From: Octopus vulgaris
Lineage: Eukaryota
Assembly: GCA_951406725.2 (NCBI GenBank)
Contig: OX597835.1
Span: 29,078,001-29,142,000 of the forward strand
Length of the DNA stretch: 64,000 nucleotides
Reading direction: 5' to 3'
Below, one piece after another: positions 54,445 to 64,000 of the stretch. Each line of letters begins with the position of its first letter. Positions within the stretch are counted from its first letter, which is position 1. The position numbers and the translations under genes were made by a program. The notes beneath the pieces were generated by a model that ran no database searches, was not told the origin of the DNA, and saw only the letters and a program-made list of their open reading frames with translations.

Positions 54445-54810
54445 ATGACATGATACGATATGATATGATATAAGAAATGATATGATATGATATTATATGA
54501 TATAAGATATGATATGATGTGATTTGATACGATATGATTTGATATAAGATAAGACATGATATGACCCGATATGATATGATAGGACATGATATAACAGGAT
54601 ATGAAATATATGTTATGATATATCGCATGTCATATCATATGATATATAAGATATGATATCATTTATGTATGTATATATGTATATATGTATTCATGTATGT
54701 ATGTATGTATGTATGTATGTATGTATGTATGTATGTATGTATGTATGTATGTATGTATGTATGTATATCTGCATGCATGTATGTATGTATATACGTATGT
54801 ATGTACGTAC
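54445..54810. repeat. (GATAT)n pentanucleotide and (TATG)n microsatellites
   Basis: Seen directly in the sequence. Confidence 0.9.
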
Positions 54811-54811
54811 G

Positions 54812-55060
54812 TTCATATCAGTTTTGAATTATTTTAATTCCTTCTTCGGAGAAGAATCTGGTTTCTAACAAAGATACAAGGCTCCGTCGTTGGCATGTAG
54901 ATAACGAAAACAATGTCATATTTTAAACTTAGGAAAAGTTTTGCATAATTTTACTGTTCCACTTACAGTTTGTTTGCAATGTGCGAGTCGGCTGATTTCT
55001 TTTCCTAAAATCCCAAGATTATCCAGATTAACAGTTAGGGATTTACTTATAAGACTAAAA
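54812..55060 (-). pseudogene. Short 3' fragment of an RLE-class LINE
   Basis: SGTVKLCKTFPKFKI* matches the C-terminus at about 45100, and the 3' UTR motif is shared. (TATG)n lies on both sides. Confidence 0.7.
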
Positions 55061-55103
55061 TATGTATGCGCAGGAGTGGCTGTGTGGTAAGTAGCTTGCT
55101 TAC

Positions 55104-57036
55104 TTCCGGTTACCCAGAATGCAACACTAGTTGTTACAGTGAGAAGACGCGAGTTTTGGCTCCGTGAATGGAAAAAGAACAAAAAGGAAAATTGTCAATT
55201 ATGTCTCGTTATAGCGAGAAAAAATATTGTTCTCATCACCATAACAGTGAATTGAGAATTTTTGTTTGAAAATTCTTTGGTGTGGCTTTTTTATCGCCAA
55301 ATAATTTTCAAATTCTAGAGGGCGTATCTCGCTAGAAAAAGTGGAATTTACCGAACTTCAAGAATAACCCCGACTATTGGATTACCTGTTGGAGTATTAA
55401 ACAAAGGATTCCCTGTCTGTTCTATTTGTGAGGTTTTTCTTATATTTTTCCCTTCTTCCATTTTTTCTTTCTTTCAAAATTTTGGTTCATTCTTTTCATT
55501 ATTTTAATTTCAGTTTCTCTTTTATTTTGTTTTACTTCTATTTTTATTTGGTTTTAATTTTTTGGCGGACTGTTTATTAAACTACTTTTGAACTGCTTTT
55601 TTGGACATGGCATAGAAGGAACTTAGAAAAAAGTTTTAAAAGCAGTGGTTAAAAGTTATGGATGAGAGGTCGGTGGTGGTTAGATCTTATTCTAAAGTTC
55701 TTGATTCCATCACCGTCTTCCCAAATCCATTTATAGAGAATGAACTGAAAAACTATTGGTCCTCTATGGAATACATATTCCATACGGTTGCTGTTTGACA
55801 ACCATCGTACTGCGGGAAGAAATTAATAAGAGCCTGGGTATCTGGGTTGCCTCCAGGCACCGAGGAGGGTTGGATTGAAGATACCACTGACGGGAACTGG
55901 GGGATAGCGGGCCGAGGCTCTTAAATGTAAGGGTATTGCCGGCGGTCGATTGGGAAGGGTCAAAAACGATTTTCACCCTGTGGACCCCATCGGCTGCAAC
56001 AGATCTGGTCTTTCCAGATTTTTTTTAAATGGCTGGCTGCAGGTATCCGGTGATACTTGAGGGACGTCCCCCTAAGTGTCACTCGTGCCTGCAGCCAGGC
56101 CACATTAAAAATAACTGCCCCCCAGAACCATGGTAAGGTCCTGGAACAGTCACTGGATGCCACTTCTCCTACATCCCAAGGAGAAGTGGATGTGGTTGCC
56201 TCCTCAACCCAAGAAGGATTAAAAAGGAAGAAGGCGGGCAACAATATTTGCCTGCCGAAGGACCCTAAGGCTTCGGGAGGTGGGGGAGATACTCCAGACA
56301 AAGCGGAAGAGCTCCACTCTCCCGAAGTCAGGAAGAAAAGAAAAGAAAGAAAGAAGAACGTGTCATCGCAGGAGGGAGATGATGTGCTGTCTGCATGTCC
56401 CGAAGTTGTGCCACCCGCGGTAGAAGAAACGCCCCCACCCTTAAAGATGATGAATTAATTATGTTTTTCTACAAGGGCGGGGAGGTGGAAAAATAGTAGA
56501 AGATCATAAAGAGACAGTAGATATGCCCTTCACACGAGATCCCAAATGGCCCCCCGCAGATAGCTGTGGAGGTCATAAGGTTTCCCTTGTGGGAAAGGCT
56601 TAAAGGATTTGGGGAGGATTGACGCATATGGCCGGGTGGCCCTTGCACGACTTACATGCCGTACATGAGTGAGACATGGGAAATGGCAGGATACAGGAAC
56701 TCAAGCGGCATTAAGATAATGATGAATATATCGATGGATATATTGATGAGTAGGAGGTGAAAAAACCTCGTTAGAGAGTTTGAAGCCTCATCTTATCGTA
56801 TTATTTGTAGTGGTTTATAACCTCAATTGTGTGTTTAAAAAAATATGTTAAGAAAGAGGTTTTAGTGCCTCCTTCTTGTAAAAGGTTTGAAACCTCATAT
56901 TGATTTAAAAAAAAAAAATATGTTTTCGAGAAAAATCCAAACGGCGGGTGTTGGGTTTCGTCTCTCATTTATTCATTTTATTTCATTATCATTCATTAAA
57001 ACTTTGTACTGTCTATATGACAAATTTTATGAAATA
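55104..57036 (+). mobile_element. ORF1-only (HAL1-like) non-autonomous L1/Tx1-related retroelement inserted in SINE A
   Basis: 15-bp TSD AAGTAGCTTGCTTAC (55089-55103 and 57037-57051). Decayed ORF with VILEGRPPKCHSCLQPGHIKNNCP. No RT recognised. Confidence 0.75.
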
Positions 57037-58436
57037 AAGTAGCTTGCTTACCAACCATATAATTTCGGGTTCAGTCTCACTGCGTGGCACCTTGGGCAAC
57101 AGTCTTCTACTTTATCCTCGTGCCGACCAAAGCCTTGTGAGTGGATTTGGTAGACGGAAACTGAAAGAAGCCCGTCGTATATATATATATATGTATGTAT
57201 GTGTGTGTTTATATGTTTGTGTGTCTGTGTTTGTCCCCTCAACATTGCTTGACAACCGATGCTGGTGTGTTTACATCCCCATAACTTAGCAGTTTGGCGA
57301 AGAAGACCGATAGAATAAGTACTAGGCTTACAAAGAATAAGTCCTGGGGTCGATTTGCTCGACTAAAAGGCGGAGCTCCAGCATGGCTACAGTCAAATGA
57401 CTGAAACAAGTAAAAGAGTATGTATGTATGTATGTATGTATGTATTTATGTATGTATGTATGTATGTATGTATTTATGTATGTATGTATGTATGTATGTA
57501 TGTATGCATGTATGTATGTATGTATGCATGTATGTATGTATGTATGCATGTATGTATGTATGTATGTATGTATTTATGTATGTATGTATGCATGTATGTA
57601 TGTATGCATGTATGTATGTATGTATGCATGTATGCATGCATCACTGATAACGTGACACATTTGGTATTTACCTGATACCAAACCGGCCCTAAATTCAGCA
57701 AAAGTATGTTTAAAGGCTAAGCACTATTCAATTATTTTACAGATAATTAAAGTGCCGGTCTGGCAGAATCGCTAGCACGCCAGATACAGTGTTTAGTGGT
57801 ATCTCGTCCATCTTCACGTTCAAATTCCACCGACACTGACCTTGCCTTTAATCTTTTTGGGGTCGATGAAATAAGTGCTATGTCGTTGTAATCGATTAGC
57901 CCCCATCTTCACCAAAATCTAAGGTCATGTGCCTTTAGTAGAAATAATTATTTTAGAGGTTGTTGTGACTACAGCTAACGGCTCCTCGCTTAGAGGCCAG
58001 AGTATTCAGCTCACGATCATGAGTTCGATTCTCGGCGGTGCGCTGTGTCCTTGAGGAAGGTACTTTACTTAGCGTTACTCCAGTTCACTCAGCTAGCAAA
58101 ACCCAATTTTACCTGTAGTTGAATGTGCGAGCCTTGTCCTGGTCGATGAATCTCCCTCACAACTACGTTGAGGGAACCAGTGTGTATAGAGTGCTTAGCC
58201 ATGTGCACTTTAATTTCACGAGCGGATTCTTCCGTTGATCGAATTACATAGAACGCTTGTCGTCGTAAATGTTGGAGATCCTTAAAATGACTGCACTTGC
58301 AACCCCAACCTTCTAGATGCTGGTGGTCGGGAATTTCTTAAAATCTGCTCTAATTTACAAGGATAAACTTCAAATTCCTGCAGCCCCAAACTTGTTTATT
58401 GGTACTTTATCCAGTATTTATAAACCCGTTTCATAA

Positions 58437-58835
58437 GGCGGTGAGCTGGCAGAAACGTTAGCACGCCAGGCGAAATGTTTAGCGGTATTTCGTCTGTCGT
58501 TACGTTCTGAGTTCAAATTCCGCCGAGGTCGACTTTGCCTTTCATCCTTTCAGAGGATTAAATAAGTACCAGTTACGCACTGGTGTCGATATAATCAACT
58601 TAATCTGTTTGTCTGTCCTTGTTTGTCCTCTCTGTGTTTAGCTCCTTGTGGGTAGTAAAGAAATAGGTATTTCGTCTGTCTTTACGTTCTGAGTTCGAAT
58701 TCTGCCGAGGTCGACTTTACCTTTCATCCTTTCGAGTTCGATAAATTAAATACCAGTTACGAACTGGGTCGATCTAATCGACTGGCTCCCTTCCCAAAAT
58801 TTCGGGCCTTGTGCCTAGAGTAGAAAAGAATATTT
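58437..58835 (+). mobile_element. Composite SINE family D (two units with different 3' tails)
   Basis: The body from GTATTTCGTCTGTC is duplicated. The same junction occurs at 63160-63545 (minus). Confidence 0.8.
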
Positions 58836-59812
58836 GTTTAATTTAGAAGAGTGTCTGGAAAATCAGTAATCCGGAATCGCTTAAGAAGGAAAGGTTTCGG
58901 AGATCGATATTGTACCTAGTTATCTGTACATTATTCAATGCAAACTGCTTATTCAAAATGGTAGAGCCTGTTTGGAGAGACACGTGTCTGCTGCTTCTAG
59001 CACATCAGCAGATCACACAAAGGTTACGTATTTACAGTTGAAGTTCTATGATTAAAGACATTCCAGAGTTGACCATCCCATTTAGTTTCAAGAATAGTGT
59101 ATCCAGAATATCCTCATTCAATGTATCCTACATTTTAGACGAGAATAGTGTATAATTTTGAGGGCATATTTAGCTAGTATTGCTAAAATCTCGAGCAACT
59201 ACGTATATATGCTTGGTTTCTGGCTTGTAGTTAATAAACTTCATATTTTGGTCCTCCATGTCTCTCCATTGGGAAGCGGGAAAGAACACGATATGAGGTT
59301 CCCCGCTGCAATCAGGAACCGTCAAGAACCAATTACTCATCACCCATCACCACTAGCAACCCCTATATACTACCATTACCCCTCCCTACTCCGGTTATAT
59401 GTGCTCAGCTGAGTCAGAAGAAATGAATAAATTAATTAACAACGCTGACCTTCTCTATCTGTCCCGCCCTTCCGGTTTCGAAGATAAAAATGGCGGTAGA
59501 GAGGAGTAGACGGCGGCATGCCTTAGACTGGCTACGGGCATGGCCTTTACACTTAAGAATGAATCATCCATGCATCATAGACGCAGTCACGTGTAGAAAC
59601 ACTTCTCTCTTTCTTTCTTTCTTTCTTTCTTTCTTTTCTCTCTCTCTTTCTCTCTCTCTCTTCCTCTTTTCTCTCTCTTTCTTTTTCTCTCTCCCCCTCC
59701 CTCTCACCCTCTCACTCTCTTCCCGCGTACACACACACACGTGCACAAACATAAGATCACTCACCAACATCTTACTCACACCCAAAAACCATATACACAC
59801 AAATAAATACAA

Positions 59813-59854
<42 letters not shown>

Positions 59855-60322
59855 GCACCGATATGTGCATTAATAACAAACGAATCGACTAAAATCTATA
59901 TTTAGGTGGGGGCGGAGTTAGAATACGTAATGCCCAATTTTATGCACTTACATCTATATATTCACACGTCTGTCTATGTGCCTGTGTGTGTGTGTGTAAC
60001 CGGTGTCGATGTGTTTACGTCCTGTAATGTAGCGGTTAGGGGAAAGAGACTGATAGTACAAGTACCAAGCTTTAAAAGAAATAATTACTGGGGTCGATTC
60101 TTTCGGGGTATTGCTCCAGCATGGATGTAGTCTAATGACTGAAACCAATAAAAGAATAAAATCTCTTGTCTTTCATTTATATAAATCACTGGGTTACATC
60201 TATAGTGGGGCACCACCTTGAAAGGGTTTCGGGTCGAATAAATCACACCAAACCGCTGAGTTACAGGAAACAAACCGTGACCGGTTGTTAGACTAGAGGA
60301 TGGCCAAATATAGATACAAAGA

Positions 60323-60355
<33 letters not shown>

Positions 60356-60674
60356 GCACATGCACACGCACATGCACAGACATATTCACACACACATATG
60401 TGTATATGCATGTACATGAAAGGGTTTCACTCAGCCTCTTTCGAAATTCACGCAAAAGGTTCGGTCGGTTTGAGTTTCTAGCAGAAGACACATACGGCAG
60501 GTGCTGCACGGTGGTACTAAACTCGAGACCATGTTTTTGCCAAGCGGGCTGCTTTATCACACGTCCACATACAGACGTGCACGTACTGACGAGCTTTTAA
60601 GCTAGAAACATGTCACCATTAATTACGAAAGAAATAGAAAACCGGTTTTATGAGTTATTATGCATGCGAATAAA

Positions 60675-61870
60675 TATTAGGCCATTACGAATGAAACGTC
60701 CGATTTTGAACTAAAAGTTTATTTTATTTTTATCTTAACAAAAAGCAATGCAGTTAATCAAAGTATGCACCTAAATTATCAACACAATTTTGCCATTTTA
60801 TTGGTTGCATATTTATACCAGTAGTGAAGAATTTTGGAGAACAAGAGGTAATAAAATTACGAAAGGTTGCTTTTGCATCTTCTTCAGATTTGAAGTGTTT
60901 TCCTTGCAAAAAGTTGTCTAATGCCTGGAAAACTTGAGTCAGTTGGTGTAAGGCCTGGTGAATATGGTGGATGACAGAGCAGTTCCAAGTTCAGTTCCTG
61001 TAACCTGAGTAGCGTTATTTGTGCAACATATCGTCTTGCATGAGAATTGGCCTGTCTCTATTGATCAATCTCGGTTGTTTAATTGCAAGTTCACTCATCA
61101 TTTCATCCAATTGGTTGATGTATACATCTGCTGTAATTGACTTACCAGGTCTCATGAAGCTGTAGTAGATGACACCAGTGCTGTACCACGAAACAGACAC
61201 CTTTAGCTTTTTTTGGTGAATATTCTTTTTGGATTATGTTTTGGAATTTGGTCTCTAGACAACCACTGTGCAGAACACTTGCTAGTATTCGAAAGAATCC
61301 ACTTTTCATCATACGTAATAATTCGATGCAAAAGTGGTTCACTTTTATGCCGTGACAGCAAAGAACAGCAAATTTCAAGACGACGTGTCATTTGATGCTT
61401 GTTTAGTTCGTGTGGTGACCACTTGTTCGGCTTCTTTACCTTGCCGATATGTTTCAGATGGTCCAATGCAGTTGGAATCGAAACATCAAACCTTATTGCT
61501 AACTCACGCGTAGTTTGAGATGTATCCGCTTCCACTACAGTTTCTAGCTCATTATCCATGTTGGCCTCAAGTCTACCACGGGGCTGATTTTCAAGAGTAA
61601 AGTCACCAGACCGGAACTTCCATCGACGTACAGTACTCTCATTCGCCACATCTTTGAACACCTCATTGATGTTTCGATCTGTCTGGGATGCATTGGTTCC
61701 ACGACGGGAACTCATATTCATAAACAAAACGAATTTTTTACGAATTTGGGTTAACAAAAATTGATTTTCAAGAGAAAACTCACAATTATAATAAGACACC
61801 ATGAATTGCATTTCGAAAAGAGATGATGTAAGTCTTCAATGTTGTAAAACAAAGAATTGTCAGGATAAAA
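60675..61870 (-). pseudogene. Decayed mariner (Mos1/Hsmar-type) transposon
   Basis: ORF 61203-61811 has HTH domains, WSPHEL and IITYDEKWI. Downstream QDD and HSPDL-like motifs are frameshifted. Confidence 0.85.
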
Positions 61871-61886
61871 CATTAGAGTTAACTAA

Positions 61887-62397
61887 TGTAGACCTCATAT
61901 GGTCTGACCACTAAGAAAAGATTATTCTCAAGAAAATTCAGCAAACGCCAGAACATAAGCGAACAAGACAAATGAAAAGATACAAAATATATTGATTAGT
62001 CACATAATTAATATTCAATGTTTTACCCTTATTATTTAAATTTAAGTAACCATGTTCTCTAACCAGTAGAATTCCCTGCAGAAAATTATTTACTGCAGAA
62101 TTATTTCAGGTATTTGGCGCGCCAAAACGAAGACATTTGAAATATACCCCCAAACATAATTGCTAGAACTATATTCACGTCCAGTCTCATGCGGTTATCT
62201 CGTGCATAGTTCTGCAAATCATATTTTGCTATGACGGTCACACTGATGAATTGCGGTCATTTACGTACGTACTATGTATTTGACTAACCATTATATTTTG
62301 TAACTTTTCATTTATCTTGCTCGCCTACGTTCAGGCGTTTACTTAATTTTCATGAGAACAATCTTTTCTTAGTGGTCAGACCATATGGGGTCTACAT
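61887..62397. mobile_element. MITE with ~125-bp terminal inverted repeats
   Basis: ATGTAGACCTCATATGGTCTGACCACTAAGAAAAGATT at the left end and its reverse complement at the right end. Confidence 0.8.
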
Positions 62398-62444
62398 CTA
62401 GCGTACTGGATGTCCACTTAGTGGCCATTTCTCTTATATGTATG

Positions 62445-62490
<46 letters not shown>

Positions 62491-62751
62491 TGTATGTATT
62501 TATTGAATGCAAATATGTGTATTCAATATTTAGATATATCACCACCACACCACCACCTCACCAAATGTCTTTCCTGAGACAGATGGTCATAAAAGGTGTG
62601 CTTTCCCGCATTCCGTAGCATACATAATTCCCTGTCAACGGGACTCATTTTTCGAAGTGTTCACTGGAGTGGAGCAACATGAAATAAAGTGTTTAGCTCA
62701 AGAATACAATACACCGCCTGATATATATATATATAATTATGATTATTATTA

Positions 62752-63010
62752 TTGAGTGAGAGAGCAGTTCATGCCATCAAAGTGACACTGAGGTAAAATA
62801 AATAAACGAATCCCAGTATACCCATCATGACTACCCGTCTGATAACGGTACACCAGACAAATGCATCATAACCATATGTGCACGACATAGTGATCTCATA
62901 TCAAGATAAACACCACATGACCTTGCAGGTGGGGCCCAGTTAGAATTTTCTTCTTGTCGAGTAACCCATCCCGCTCAAAAAGTCTCTGAATAAGGGTTGT
63001 TTAAGGATGG
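62752..63010 (-). mobile_element. Probable 3' end of a non-LTR element with a (TAA)n tail
   Basis: Complex sequence ending at (ATT)n on the plus strand. No coding motif seen. Confidence 0.35.
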
Positions 63011-63159
63011 TAAGTTTCTACTTTAAGGATGTTAAGTTTCTAATTTAAAACATTACAATCTCAAAATCTCAGATGTTCAAGGTTTATTTTTAAGGCATCA
63101 TATAATTTCTTGCGTGAATTTTAAAAATCCAACATTCTTTTCTCTATTTTTCTACATAT

Positions 63160-63545
63160 TGATTTTAAATTCTAGCATTAGGCCAGTAGTTTCGAGAAGG
63201 GATCTGATCGATTAAATCGAACCAGTGTTCAACCGAAGCAGAGGTTATCGATTCCGAAAGTATGAAAAGCAATGTTCAGCCTGGTAGCATTTGAACTCGC
63301 ATCGCAAATAGGGAGGAAATACCTATTTCTTTACTACCCACAAGGGGCTAAACGCAGAGAGGACAAACAAGGACAGACGGACGGATTAAGTCAAAGATAT
63401 CGACCCCAGTACGCAACTGGTACTTAATTTATCGACCTCGAAAGGATGAAAGGCAAATTCGACCTCGGCGGAATTTGAACTCAGAACATGAAGACTTACG
63501 AAATACTGCTAAGCATTTAGCCCGGTGTGCTAACGTTTCTGCTAG
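63160..63545 (-). mobile_element. Composite SINE family D
   Basis: Reverse copy with the same GAAATAG/GTATTTC junction as 58437-58835. Confidence 0.75.
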
Positions 63546-64000
63546 GAGTTCAAAATTAAACACGGACAACAAGTTGTGATGGTCTGAATTGATTATTTTA
63601 TCGAAACGAAACAGGATGGAGATAAGGGGAATAATACAGGGGTAATTTGAAATCGTGTGCAGGCTACACCGGAGGTTGTCTGAAATTGATTTCAGATTCC
63701 TAGGGGGGAAAGGGGTAACTTGAAATGGGGATGAGGTGGAAGTAAACTGAGATATTTACATCTGGTTCTAAACAAGGGATAAATAACCGGTGGCTAGTAG
63801 ATTGACAAGTTTTATGGTAACGAGCACCGAGAATTCGCTATATAGCGGACGAACAAAGAATGGGTAGGCGGAAACATCCGTAGCTCCCCTCTACTTCTAA
63901 TTTCCTCTACCAGCCATCATACCGTGCACAGGAATCGACGCTCCGTAAACTGTCCCCCAATCACAATTTTTCACTTAAACACACACACATACATATTACG

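Overview
AT-rich eukaryotic DNA saturated with microsatellites. The SINE families and (TA)n/(TACA)n density point to an octopus (coleoid cephalopod) genome; this is inferred from pattern recognition, not a database hit. No host protein-coding exon is recognisable, and most entries in the ORF track are microsatellite artefacts. The window is a transposon landscape: a full-length but frameshifted L1/Tx1-clade LINE (19359-24980, minus) sitting in (GATA)n; an ORF1-only L1-like element with a 15-bp TSD (55104-57036); a decayed Penelope-like element (PLE) with RT and GIY-YIG domains (about 25190-26185); RLE-class (R4/Dong-like) LINE fragments bounded by (TACA)n; mariner/Tc1 remnants and MITEs; Helitron-type elements; and four tRNA-derived SINE families. 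The main signal not explained by the ORF track is a set of at least 8 different short (150-400 bp) non-coding elements, mostly wedged into (TA)n tracts, each carrying a type I hammerhead-ribozyme (HHR) fold. These include canonical C3-G8 cores, covariant G3-C8 and U3-A8 cores, U4C variants and palindromic short stem III forms, and they are often in inverted arrangements typical of Penelope pLTRs. One family (47236-47301 and 47761-47826) appears to contain all hammerhead strands in a non-cyclic, pseudoknotted order. All ribozyme calls come from manual folding; activity is untested.
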